From NCBI GenBank assembly GCA_029858565.1, contig JAOUEV010000014.1:1-60283 (forward strand): 60,283 nt of DNA. The letters run 5' to 3'. The position numbers were made by a program, and so were the translations under genes. Source of the DNA: Nitrospirota bacterium (GTDB lineage Bacteria; Nitrospirota; UBA9217). The notes below the pieces were generated by a model, which saw only the letters and a program-made list of their open reading frames with translations, was not told the DNA's origin and searched no databases. Shown here piece after piece: positions 28,945 to 38,035 of the stretch; within the stretch, counting starts at the first letter, position 1, and every line of letters begins with the position of its first letter.

Positions 28945-30375
28945 GTGGAACTCTCTCTTCTCAACGCGGTCATTGAAGAACTTACAGCGGTCGTTCCCGG
29001 TTCCCCCGTTGACAAGGTGGTTCCTGTTGAACATGGCGGTCTCGCGCTCTTCCTCCGGAGCGGAATCTCTCGGCCAATGCTTTTGCTGGTGCCTGACCAG
29101 CCCTTTCCCCGGATCCATGTCATATCCCGGAAGCCCGAACCTGCGCACCGACCGGCGGGATTCTATCTTCAGGTAAAGAAACATATTGCCGGTTCCCGTG
29201 TGATCTCGCTTGGCTTATTACGCGGAGACCGCGTCGTGGAGATCAGATGCAGACGCAATACCAGTGAAGTGAACTTGATATTAGAACTGACCGGCAGCAG
29301 GACGAATATGATCCTGACCGATGTCGAAGGAAAGATCATCTCCGTGCTGCATCCGCAGATGCTGGAAAGCGGGGACAAACGGCCTCTCCTGCCAGGCCTG
29401 ATCTATTCACCGCCGGTACAGCATTCCCCGGATAGCAGGTCGCCGCGGCGAACGACAGAGTTTCTTTCAGGTCTTTCGTCTGATGGTTACCTGCCGATAA
29501 ACCGCTCCGTAGAGGAGTGGTACGGTCGGGCACTCGTTGATCGGCAAACCTCTGAGACCAGGAAACGCCTGGAAGGGGTGATCCGCCGCTCCCTCGCAAA
29601 AATCGTACGCAGGATCACTGCTATACAAAAGGACATGGCATCAGCCGATCTCGCGGAAAACTATAAGCAGGAAGGACAACTGATCCTGGCGAACCTTGGC
29701 GCCGTCGGCAGAGGCATGGACATGTGCGAATTGCAGGACCACGAGGGAAAGATGGTGCAAATACCCTTGCATCCCGGGAAGACACCCCTGGAGAATGCTG
29801 AATTGCTGTTCCGCAAGTACAAGAAAGCCAGATCAGGAGCTGCGCTGATACGGGAGCGTCTCGCGCAGTCTGTCAAACAACAGGAAATTCTCCGGTCGCT
29901 CGGAACCGATCTTCCGGATGCACCGAACGACGATCTGATCAGGATCGAGAGCGTGCTCAAAAAGAACGGCTTCGGTGATCGTCCCGTCGGCGAAGGCCGG
30001 AAAACCCTCTCACAACCGTCTGATCCCTACCGGGTCGTGCAGTATGGGGAGTGGGATATCCTTGTGGGAAAGAGTGCGGCAGGGAATGATTATATCACCA
30101 TGACCCTGGCACGGCCTGAAGACCTGTGGTTCCATGCTGAAGGTATCCCCGGATCCCATGTTCTCGTACGTAATCCCCATCGCACTGTGGTCCCCCCGGA
30201 GGTGCTCGCTAAAGCGGCATCTCTTGCAGCATATTACAGCCGCGGGAAAGGGTCTACCAAGGTTCCGGTGGCCTATACACCTGCAAAGTATGTTAAAAAA
30301 CCAAAGGGAGCGAAGCCGGGTATGGTCGTACTGGTGGAGCGAAAATCCGTCATGGCGGTTCCTTCGGCATCTTGA
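28945..30375 (+). CDS. rqcH: NFACT/RqcH (FbpA)-family protein
   Basis: N-terminal DRVV..ELTG..N motif; coiled coil; C-terminal NFACT-R GKSAAGND, WFHA..PGSHV, KPKGAKPG. Confidence 0.8.
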   Translation: MELSLLNAVIEELTAVVPGSPVDKVVPVEHGGLALFLRSGISRPMLLLVPDQPFPRIHVISRKPEPAHRPAGFYLQVKKHIAGSRVISLGLLRGDRVVEIRCRRNTSEVNLILELTGSRTNMILTDVEGKIISVLHPQMLESGDKRPLLPGLIYSPPVQHSPDSRSPRRTTEFLSGLSSDGYLPINRSVEEWYGRALVDRQTSETRKRLEGVIRRSLAKIVRRITAIQKDMASADLAENYKQEGQLILANLGAVGRGMDMCELQDHEGKMVQIPLHPGKTPLENAELLFRKYKKARSGAALIRERLAQSVKQQEILRSLGTDLPDAPNDDLIRIESVLKKNGFGDRPVGEGRKTLSQPSDPYRVVQYGEWDILVGKSAAGNDYITMTLARPEDLWFHAEGIPGSHVLVRNPHRTVVPPEVLAKAASLAAYYSRGKGSTKVPVAYTPAKYVKKPKGAKPGMVVLVERKSVMAVPSAS

Positions 30376-30395
30376 CGGCTTTTGCTGAATGTACC

Positions 30396-30424
30396 TTGAC
30401 AAGATTGGGGCATGTCCCTATAAT
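30396..30424 (+). promoter_or_regulatory. Consensus sigma70 promoter
   Basis: Perfect TTGACA, 17-nt spacer, TATAAT. Confidence 0.8.
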
Positions 30425-30454
30425 AGCGCAATAATTCGAACAACTACCGCCTTC

Positions 30455-30907
30455 ATGGATACTATCGATATACTCCATAAGACCCTCTTGTTCCGGGGCT
30501 GCAACAAGGAAGACCTGGAACTGGTCGCAGGACTGTTCCAGCAAAGAGTGGTCAAGCCGAACATGACCATCTTCACCGAGAAGATGCCTGCCGAAGCGCT
30601 GTACATCATCAAAAGCGGTAGCATCCGGATCACCACCATGGCAGGGGAAGGTGAAGAGGTCGGACTTTTGCACCTGGGGCCCGGCGATTTCTTTGGAGAG
30701 ATCGCGCTGCTGCAGGAATCCAGCAGGGCGGTGACTGCCCGTGCCGAAAGTATGACTGAAGTGCTCATGCTGACGCGGAAGGATTTCCAGGCGCTCATCG
30801 ACCTCGATCCCAGGATCGCCGCCAAGGTCACTCTCTCCATAGCCAGGCTCCTGGCCATGCGCGTCAAGGCATACAGCACCAAGCTTCGGGACATCCTTCT
30901 TTCATGA
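30455..30907 (+). CDS. Stand-alone cyclic nucleotide-binding domain protein
   Basis: LYIIKSG, GPGDFFGEIALL...RAVTARA; no HTH. Confidence 0.88.
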   Translation: MDTIDILHKTLLFRGCNKEDLELVAGLFQQRVVKPNMTIFTEKMPAEALYIIKSGSIRITTMAGEGEEVGLLHLGPGDFFGEIALLQESSRAVTARAESMTEVLMLTRKDFQALIDLDPRIAAKVTLSIARLLAMRVKAYSTKLRDILLS

Positions 30908-31869
30908 TCCTTGCCGGGATCGATATCGGAACTAATACCATACGCCTGCTCGTGGCGGATATCAGCGATCAGGGCCACCGGGAACTTTACTCGGGAAGGC
31001 AGATCACCAGGCTCGGACAGGACCTGGACCGAACAGGGGTTCTGTCTTCTGAAGCCCAGGAAAGGTCGCTTGCGGCCCTGCGGGAGTATACTACGGTGAT
31101 CAACAGGTTCCCCGGGTGCCGGACCATGGTCATTGGCACGAGCGCACTGCGGAACGCCAGGAACGCGGCCGAGTTCATCGATACTGTGCGCGATACGACC
31201 TCGCTCGGGATCAGCGTCATCAGCGGAGAGCAGGAGGCCAGGCTCACGGTTCTCGGCGTCCGTCGCGCGCTTACCCAGGGCAGGGAGACGGAGAGGGATC
31301 CTCTCCGTTCCGCCCTGGTGATCGACATCGGCGGCGGAAGCACCGAACTTATCATTGTCAGAAATGGCGTTCCTGATGCGGTCGCAAGTCTTCCACTTGG
31401 CGCGGTCTATCTTACGGAAAGGTTCGTGCGTCATGACCCGCCTTTGCCGGAAGAGTTAGAGGAACTGAGCAGGGAGATCATGCTCCTTCTTGACGCGTGG
31501 GAAATCGATATTCTCCGCACGCACGCGTTGAGACCGTCGTCACTAGCCGTGCTTGCCGGCACTGCCGGAACGATCACGACCCTGGCTTCCATGGAGCAGC
31601 GGCTTGCAGTCTATGATCCCGCGCGCATCAATGGCTTCATACTGACAAAAGAGGCTCTTGACGGCTGGTCGGACCTTCTTGCCCGGACCAGCGTCAAGGA
31701 CCGTAGGAACATCACCGGCCTTGAACAGGGCCGCGAGGATATTGTTCTTGCGGGCGCTCTGATCGCGCGGGACATCATGGACCGCTACGGCCGGCAGGAG
31801 ATGATCGTAAGCGACTGGGGGCTTCGCGAAGGGATCGTGTTCCATCTGGCCGAACAGGAACGACTGTAG
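30904..31869 (+). CDS. ppx: Ppx/GppA family exopolyphosphatase
   Basis: IDIGTNT, GTSALR, EARL, DIGGGSTE, GLREG. Confidence 0.9.
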   Translation: MILAGIDIGTNTIRLLVADISDQGHRELYSGRQITRLGQDLDRTGVLSSEAQERSLAALREYTTVINRFPGCRTMVIGTSALRNARNAAEFIDTVRDTTSLGISVISGEQEARLTVLGVRRALTQGRETERDPLRSALVIDIGGGSTELIIVRNGVPDAVASLPLGAVYLTERFVRHDPPLPEELEELSREIMLLLDAWEIDILRTHALRPSSLAVLAGTAGTITTLASMEQRLAVYDPARINGFILTKEALDGWSDLLARTSVKDRRNITGLEQGREDIVLAGALIARDIMDRYGRQEMIVSDWGLREGIVFHLAEQERL

Positions 31870-31892
31870 ATGAAAGAAAGGGACGTGCTTTG

Positions 31893-33263
31893 ATGCGAGA
31901 TGCCCGTATTCTTATCATGGATGACGACCCGGTTGATCGGGGCAGGATAGAGACATCCCTGCGCGGAAAAGGCTATGACGTAACAGCAGTCGGTCAGGTC
32001 GATCAGGCCATCGAAGTGCTGCGGCGAGAGCGCTTTGATCTGTTCCTGACGGACTGCAATATTCCCGGAGTTGACGCTCTGCAGACCTCGGGCGAGGCAA
32101 GACGGATCAATCCGGACCTGGCCGTGATCATCATGACCGCATTCGGGACCATCGAGACGGCGGTAAAAGCGATCAAGGCCGGAGCCTATGATTATCTTCC
32201 AAAGCCCATCGACCTTGACCAGTTGACCGTTCTTATCGAGCGTGTTTCTGAACGCCAGAACCTGATACGCGAGAACACCCAGCTTCGGGAACAGCTGATC
32301 GAACGGTACCGTTTCGATGAGATAGCAAGCACGAGCCACGCAATGGAAGAGGTCATTAATCTCGCCGGCAGGGTGGCGGGAAGCACGGCCACGGTTCTGC
32401 TTCGAGGGGAGAGCGGTACGGGCAAGGAACTGATCGCCCGGGCGATACATTACCACAGCCCTCGTTCGGCTCAGGCGCTCATAAAGATCAATTGCGCGGC
32501 CCTTCCGGAAACCCTTCTGGAAAGCGAGCTCTTCGGCCACGAAAAAGGGGCCTTTACGGGCGCATCGGCCCGGCGTGCTGGCCGTTTCGAACTTGCGGAC
32601 AAAGGAACGATCTTCCTCGATGAGATCGGAGATGTCTCGCCGGGTGTCCAGGTGAAGCTGCTGCGCGTACTGCAGGAGCGGGAATTCGAGCGGATCGGCG
32701 GGAACCAGACGATCAAGACCGATGTCCGGGTCATTGCCGCGACCAATCGCGACCTTGAGCAGGCCATACGGGAAGGTCGCTTCCGCGAGGACCTGTACTA
32801 CCGCCTGAACGTGGTCACCATCGCGATCCCTCCGCTGCGCGACCGAAAGGAGGATATTCCCGCGCTGCTTGACCATTTTATCAAGAAGTTCGCAAAGGAC
32901 AATCGAAAGAAGATAGCAGGCGTTTCTGTCGAGGCCCGGGACGTGCTGATGCGGTATTCCTATCCCGGGAATGTGCGTGAACTGGAGAATATCATGGAAC
33001 GGGCGGTGGTCCTTGCGAACGGGACGGTCCTCACCGTCGCTGACTTGCCCCTGCACATGCGGTCCGTCGATAGCGAGGAAAAGATCTGTGTCAAAAAGCA
33101 GGGGTCGTCGCTGAACGATACGCTGGATACGGTCGAACGGGGATTGATCATCAAGGCGCTGAAGGATGCGGATGGCGTCCAGACCCGGGCTGCCGACCGA
33201 CTTGGGATCAGTGAACGGGTACTGCGTTACAAACTGAAGAAATACAAGATCCGTGAATCATGA
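31893..33263 (+). CDS. Sigma54-dependent response regulator (NtrC/AtoC family)
   Basis: REC domain with phospho-Asp, GESGTGKE, GAFTGA, FLDEIG, PGNVREL, C-terminal Fis HTH. Confidence 0.93.
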   Translation: MRDARILIMDDDPVDRGRIETSLRGKGYDVTAVGQVDQAIEVLRRERFDLFLTDCNIPGVDALQTSGEARRINPDLAVIIMTAFGTIETAVKAIKAGAYDYLPKPIDLDQLTVLIERVSERQNLIRENTQLREQLIERYRFDEIASTSHAMEEVINLAGRVAGSTATVLLRGESGTGKELIARAIHYHSPRSAQALIKINCAALPETLLESELFGHEKGAFTGASARRAGRFELADKGTIFLDEIGDVSPGVQVKLLRVLQEREFERIGGNQTIKTDVRVIAATNRDLEQAIREGRFREDLYYRLNVVTIAIPPLRDRKEDIPALLDHFIKKFAKDNRKKIAGVSVEARDVLMRYSYPGNVRELENIMERAVVLANGTVLTVADLPLHMRSVDSEEKICVKKQGSSLNDTLDTVERGLIIKALKDADGVQTRAADRLGISERVLRYKLKKYKIRES

Positions 33264-33293
33264 GTTACTTTTCCGGCCTGCCGACGTATTCCG

Positions 33294-34361
33294 TCAGAAC
33301 TCTCTTTTCACGATATCGTAGGCGGTATTTCTCTGGGCAGCGGCATAGCCCGCGTCCCTGATCAGACTGACGATCTCCTCACGGGACAACCTGAAGGTCA
33401 CTCCCGCCGCTGCAACGACATTCTCCTCGATCATGGTGCTCCCAAAGTCATTTGCCCCGAATTCCAGCGCCACCTGGGCGATCTTCGCTCCCTGGGTGAC
33501 CCAGGATGCCTGGATGTTCGGCACATTGTCCAGCATGACGCGGGAAAGGGCAAGGGTCTTCAGGTACTCCACCGCCGTCGCGGTCCTTCCACCCAGTTCC
33601 GTGTTACCGGGCTGGTAGGTCCAGGGAATGAATGCGGTAAAACCGTGCGTCTCGTCCTGGAGATCCCGCACGCGCACAAGGTGTTGAACGATCTCCTCGC
33701 GTGTTTCCAGGCCGCCGAACATCATGGTCGCGGTCGTCGGCATGCCAAGGCGGTGTGCCTCGCGCATCACGTCCATCCAGTCCCGCCAGCGGATCTTGTT
33801 CGGACTGACCTGCTCCCGCACCCGGTCTACCAGGATCTCGGCTCCGCCGCCGGGGATCGAGTCCAGTCCCGCTTTCTTCAGCCGGATCAGCGTTTCTCCG
33901 ATGGTGATGTTGGCCTTCCGTGCAACGTAGGTTATCTCGGAAGGGGAAAGGGAGTGGACCTGGACAGCGAATCGCGCCTTGATCGATGCAAAGAGGTCCT
34001 CGAAATACTCTATGCCCAGATCGGGATGCACGCCGCCCTGCATCAGGATCTGGGTGCCGCCCAGGGAGATCGTTTCCTCGATCTTCCTGAATATTTCATC
34101 CTTGGTGAGAATATAGGCATCGGGAGATCCCTGCTCGCGGTAAAAGGCGCAGAAGCGGCATTTGTTGACACAGACGTTCGTATAATTGATGTTCCGGTCC
34201 ACGACGAACGTTACCAGCCGTTCCGGATGCAGCCGCTGTTTCACTGCGCTCGCAAGCTCGCCCAGGGTCAAAAGGTCCGCCTCGTTGAAGAGAAAAAGAC
34301 CTTCAGCAGGATCGAGCCTCTTCCCGCTTCGCACCTTTTCGCTGATATCGCTCAATCCCAT
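33294..34361 (-). CDS. mqnC: Cyclic dehypoxanthine futalosine synthase
   Basis: VVDRNINYTNVCVNKCRFCAF, LMQGG, PGGGAEIL, IQASWVTQG. Confidence 0.9.
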   Translation of the reverse strand: MGLSDISEKVRSGKRLDPAEGLFLFNEADLLTLGELASAVKQRLHPERLVTFVVDRNINYTNVCVNKCRFCAFYREQGSPDAYILTKDEIFRKIEETISLGGTQILMQGGVHPDLGIEYFEDLFASIKARFAVQVHSLSPSEITYVARKANITIGETLIRLKKAGLDSIPGGGAEILVDRVREQVSPNKIRWRDWMDVMREAHRLGMPTTATMMFGGLETREEIVQHLVRVRDLQDETHGFTAFIPWTYQPGNTELGGRTATAVEYLKTLALSRVMLDNVPNIQASWVTQGAKIAQVALEFGANDFGSTMIEENVVAAAGVTFRLSREEIVSLIRDAGYAAAQRNTAYDIVKREF

Positions 34362-35425
34362 ATCCGGACCGTTCCGTACAGAGTATCCCGCTCCACCGGC
34401 GTTCTTCCTGCCGTGCAGATGAGATCGATGAGTTCGTTCTTGGTCATGATGCCTTCGGTCGTGCCGCCCGCCATTTTCGTGATCCGCTCCTCAACAACCG
34501 TTCCGTCAATATCATCGACGCCAAAGCTCAGGGAAACCTGTGTGATCTTTTCCCCCAGCATGATCCAATAGGCCTTGATATGGTCTATGTTGTCCAGGAG
34601 AAGCCGGGAAACTGCCAGCGTCTTGAGATCATCGAACCCGGTCGTGAATGCGGCCTTTTTGATCTCCGTGTTCTGTGAATGGAAGCTCAGCGGTATGAAC
34701 GCGTTGAAGCCGCCGGTCCGGTCCTGGAGCTCACGAAGCGTGAGAAGGTGATCGACCCGGTCCTCGATCGATTCAATATGGCCGTAAAGCATCGTTGCGT
34801 TGGACCTGAGCCCTATGCGGTGAGCGGTCTCCATGACCTCGAGCCACCGTGCGCCGGAGATCTTTTCCGCGCAGAGCGTGTTCCTGACGCCGGGTGCGAA
34901 TATCTCTGCCCCGCCTCCAGGAAGCGATCCAAGGCCCGCCTCGTTCAATTTCATCAGCGTATCGCGCACGCTCAGGCCGGAGAGCTTCGACAGATAATCG
35001 ATCTCCACCGCGGTGAACGCCTTGAGGTGGATATGAGGAAACTCTCTCCTGAGCGCATTGAGCATGTCGATGTACCAGGAAAAGGGGAGGTCCGGATGAA
35101 GACCTGACACAATATGGAACTCGCGCACGCCCGGCTGGGCGCTTCGTGCTTTTTGCAGGATGTCCTCGATGGACATCTCGTATGCGCCGGCCTCGCCGCG
35201 GCTCCTGCTGAAAGCGCAGAACTTGCACCGGTTCACGCAGATGTTCGTGGGATTGATGTGCATGTTCTGGACAAAGTAAACGCGGTTCCCGTTCTTTTGC
35301 AGGGCAACGTGGGATGCCATGCGGCCAAGAGCAAGGAGGTCATGGGACCGGAACAACGCGATGCCGTCCTCGCGGGAAAGGCGTTCGCCGGCCAACACTT
35401 TATGGTGAATAAGTTCGATGGGCAT
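34352..35425 (-). CDS. mqnE: Aminofutalosine synthase
   Basis: HINPTNICVNRCKFCAF, HIVSGLHP, KAFTAVE, HIKAYW, GTVVEERI. Confidence 0.9.
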   Translation of the reverse strand: MPIELIHHKVLAGERLSREDGIALFRSHDLLALGRMASHVALQKNGNRVYFVQNMHINPTNICVNRCKFCAFSRSRGEAGAYEMSIEDILQKARSAQPGVREFHIVSGLHPDLPFSWYIDMLNALRREFPHIHLKAFTAVEIDYLSKLSGLSVRDTLMKLNEAGLGSLPGGGAEIFAPGVRNTLCAEKISGARWLEVMETAHRIGLRSNATMLYGHIESIEDRVDHLLTLRELQDRTGGFNAFIPLSFHSQNTEIKKAAFTTGFDDLKTLAVSRLLLDNIDHIKAYWIMLGEKITQVSLSFGVDDIDGTVVEERITKMAGGTTEGIMTKNELIDLICTAGRTPVERDTLYGTVRIWD

Positions 35426-35465
35426 TATGAAGATTACATGCAGTAATGGTTCGCTGTTCGAAGGA

Positions 35466-35774
35466 TCAGTTCTTCTTCGTCAGTGTCCCGGTCGAAGGAT
35501 CGTAATCATATGCATCGCTCTTCAACGGGAGTCCGGTGGCTGACAACAATTCGGCCAGGTCAGCGGGATACCGCCCGTTGGTGACATGGAAATCCTGAAT
35601 GGCCTTTCTGGCGGCATCAGCGTGAGCCTTGTCTTCAACGCTTTTCGCGCTTTTCAGCGAATTGACCATCGTAGTGCCGTATTGCTGAGCCGGATTCTTA
35701 TCATCGGTGCATGCAATAATCGTTGCCATGAGCAACGCGGCAATGAGCACTGCACCTGCGGAGAGCTGTTTCAT
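35466..35774 (-). CDS. Small hypothetical lipoprotein with pseudopilin-core-like motif
   Basis: IIAC lipobox; AIQDFHVTNGRYPADLAEL...YDYDPSTG; SD AGGAGG. Confidence 0.65.
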   Translation of the reverse strand: MKQLSAGAVLIAALLMATIIACTDDKNPAQQYGTTMVNSLKSAKSVEDKAHADAARKAIQDFHVTNGRYPADLAELLSATGLPLKSDAYDYDPSTGTLTKKN

Positions 35775-35829
35775 TGTCCTACCTCCTGTTGGTTCAACGT
35801 TCGGCAATAAAAAACAAGCGTGATCTCGA

Positions 35830-37047
35830 TCATCCACGGTAAATGATCTTTCCGTTGACCATGGTCATAATACTGGATTCCGTTTCCCTGAGCAAGCCGG
35901 AATAGAAGTCTCCGGTATGGTTACGGGGGAGAGGAACCGCGATCACATCGGCCCTTTTCCCAGGTTCAAGGCTCCCGATATCCTTATCCATTCCCAAAGC
36001 TCGCGCCCCTCCTGTCGTTGCCATCACGAGCATGTCCTTTGGCGAAACGCCGCTCTTTCGATGGAGCTTGCAAGCGAACCGCATCTCATCCCAGAGATTA
36101 AGGTTTGCCACGCTTGCGAGGCTGTCAGTGCCAAGACCCACGGGAATGCCGGCATCAAGCATTTTATTGAGCGGCATAACTCCGACACGGAGCGTTCGGT
36201 TGCTGCGCGGACAGTGGGCAACGGCAGCTCCTCTTCGCTTGATCAGCCGAATGTCACTGTCAGTGACATCTACAGCGTGGACGATCAAGGTATTCGGCCC
36301 AAGCATGCTGTAACGATCAAGCAGAGCAATAGAAGAGGGGGCTTGCGCGAGCCATTTACGGTCCCACCTCGCTGCACGATAGAGCGCCACAAGTCCGCTG
36401 TGAGAACGGCGCAGGAGCCTGCCTTCCTCACGGCTCTCCGCAGCGTGGATTGAGAGACGAAGCCTTTTCCGTTCGGATACATCATGTATGACGCGGAATG
36501 CCTGTTCAGAGACCGTATGAGGCGAGTGGGGTGAGAGACCGAACCGGATCAGGGAGTTGTCCTTTTTGATCAATCCACTGGTGTAAATGAACGGTTTTGA
36601 CGGATCCATGGAGATGATCTCCTGGAACACATAGGCGCGAACACCGCTTCCTGGCAAATGCGCGGGACTTATGCCATGGGTGCATATTTCTCCGATCGTT
36701 GTCGTGCCTGTGCTGACAAGAGCGTTGACATTTCGCTTCACAGCAGCGCCATAATCCTCCCGGGTCAGCTCTCTTTTTTCTTTTATCAGGTCAAGCACCC
36801 AGGAACTGTAGGTTCTGGACTTCAGTCGTTCCAGAAGCGGAGGGATCTCCAGATGGGTGTGAACATTGACCAGCCCGGGCATGACAAGAGCGTTCTGAAG
36901 CGTGATAATCCTTTCTGTGGGATAGGATTTACGCAAAACGTCAATGGGACCATGCCCCTGAATCTTCCCGCTTTTAATGAGGATAGCCCATCGGCTTTTG
37001 GGAAACTGTCCTGTTTTAATGAGAATTTTCTCTGCTATAATCAGCAT
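35830..37047 (-). CDS. Metal-dependent amidohydrolase, probable aminodeoxyfutalosine deaminase
   Basis: PGLVNVHTH, SPHS, IHAAES, HCPRSN, LGTDS; clustered with mqnE and mqnC; start could be 37065. Confidence 0.8.
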   Translation of the reverse strand: MLIIAEKILIKTGQFPKSRWAILIKSGKIQGHGPIDVLRKSYPTERIITLQNALVMPGLVNVHTHLEIPPLLERLKSRTYSSWVLDLIKEKRELTREDYGAAVKRNVNALVSTGTTTIGEICTHGISPAHLPGSGVRAYVFQEIISMDPSKPFIYTSGLIKKDNSLIRFGLSPHSPHTVSEQAFRVIHDVSERKRLRLSIHAAESREEGRLLRRSHSGLVALYRAARWDRKWLAQAPSSIALLDRYSMLGPNTLIVHAVDVTDSDIRLIKRRGAAVAHCPRSNRTLRVGVMPLNKMLDAGIPVGLGTDSLASVANLNLWDEMRFACKLHRKSGVSPKDMLVMATTGGARALGMDKDIGSLEPGKRADVIAVPLPRNHTGDFYSGLLRETESSIMTMVNGKIIYRG

Positions 37048-37096
37048 ACACGTACTTCTTACCATTCCTACGTATAAAATGTCAAAGATCTGAAAG

Positions 37097-37140
37097 TGAC
37101 ATAATTTGTCATATAAAGTGACGACATTAGTAACTTGTCG
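37097..37140. promoter_or_regulatory. Inverted repeats, probable enhancer (PilR-type bEBP) sites
   Basis: TGACA-taatt-TGTCA (37097-37111) and CGACA-N9-TGTCG (37122-37140) upstream of a sigma54 promoter. Confidence 0.55.
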
Positions 37141-37183
37141 ATAATAAATGCTACAATCCTGTTGAAATTACAGCTTATTATAT

Positions 37184-37199
37184 TGGCATGGTACGTGCA
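37184..37199 (+). promoter_or_regulatory. Sigma54 (-24/-12) promoter of pilA
   Basis: TGGCATGGTACGTGCA with GG (37185) and GC (37197) correctly spaced. Confidence 0.8.
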
Positions 37200-37335
37200 G
37201 TTATAATTAATGACTAGGGAAATTATTCTGCTTTAGGTCTGAGAGGAGGTGAGAATCCCATAGAAGACCTTGAGCGAACATTGCAGTATGTTGTGTAGTA
37301 ACATAATATTAATAGACTATATGGGAGGTATCACA

Positions 37336-37923
37336 ATGCTTAAGAATAAAAAAGGTTTTACGCTTATCGAACTCCTGATCGTGGTGGCCATCATCGCCAT
37401 TCTGGCGGCCATTGCTATCCCGCAGTTCGCTCAGTATCGTATCAGAGGATATAACGCGAGCGCGAACACTGACCTTCGGAACTGCCGTACATCAGAGGAA
37501 GCCCTTTTTGCTGATTGGCAGCGATATGGATCTTCTGAACTTGCAGTCCTTCCAGGTACAGGTGGTAGCGCAGGCGTTGAAATATTGGGTCCTGGCGCAT
37601 CTCCCAACCTTCCGATTCTCACTCTGACCGATGCTGTTGTAGCGCCTCGCGGAATTGGAATTGCTTTGGGAAATAATGTGCTGATTCATGCCGCAAATGA
37701 TGCTGCATGGGCGTCCTATGTCGTGGAAAGCAAACATGTGCAGGGAGATACACTGTATGCTGCAGACGGTGATTCCACAGCAAACTACAGGCAGACAAAT
37801 TCTACCTGGGTAGCGGCTGCAATCAATGGTAATGCGTGCTGTACGGCAAATACTGCTGTTGCATTCCCGACTTCGGTGACTGGAACCAATGAATATGGAG
37901 CAGCTCCCTGGCTTGCCATGTAA
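37336..37923 (+). CDS. pilA: Type IVa major pilin
   Basis: KKG|FTLIELLIVVAIIAILAAIAIPQF prepilin motif; SD GGAGG; sigma54 promoter; downstream terminator. Confidence 0.92.
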   Translation: MLKNKKGFTLIELLIVVAIIAILAAIAIPQFAQYRIRGYNASANTDLRNCRTSEEALFADWQRYGSSELAVLPGTGGSAGVEILGPGASPNLPILTLTDAVVAPRGIGIALGNNVLIHAANDAAWASYVVESKHVQGDTLYAADGDSTANYRQTNSTWVAAAINGNACCTANTAVAFPTSVTGTNEYGAAPWLAM

Positions 37924-37954
37924 ATCCAGCTAAATTTCCTCGCTTCTTTCATCA

Positions 37955-37988
37955 ACTCGGATCGCACTTGCGGTCCGAGTGTTTTTTT
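37955..37988 (+). terminator. Intrinsic terminator after pilA
   Basis: ACTCGGATCGC-ACTT-GCGGTCCGAGT followed by a T-tract. Confidence 0.8.
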
Positions 37989-38035
37989 ATTATAATATGT
38001 TTTGCGTTTTAGTGGTAAAAAAAAGGGGGGGCTGC

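Noticed and set aside
37200-37335. GEMM-I (c-di-GMP/cGAMP) riboswitch upstream of pilA
   Set aside because: No GGCAAA/GNRA tetraloop-receptor two-stem pattern is visible by eye.
37336-37923. Confident electrically conductive pilin (e-pilin) call
   Set aside because: The N-terminal aromatics are conserved, but an aromatic-free gap of over 50 aa follows, and conductivity cannot be read from sequence.
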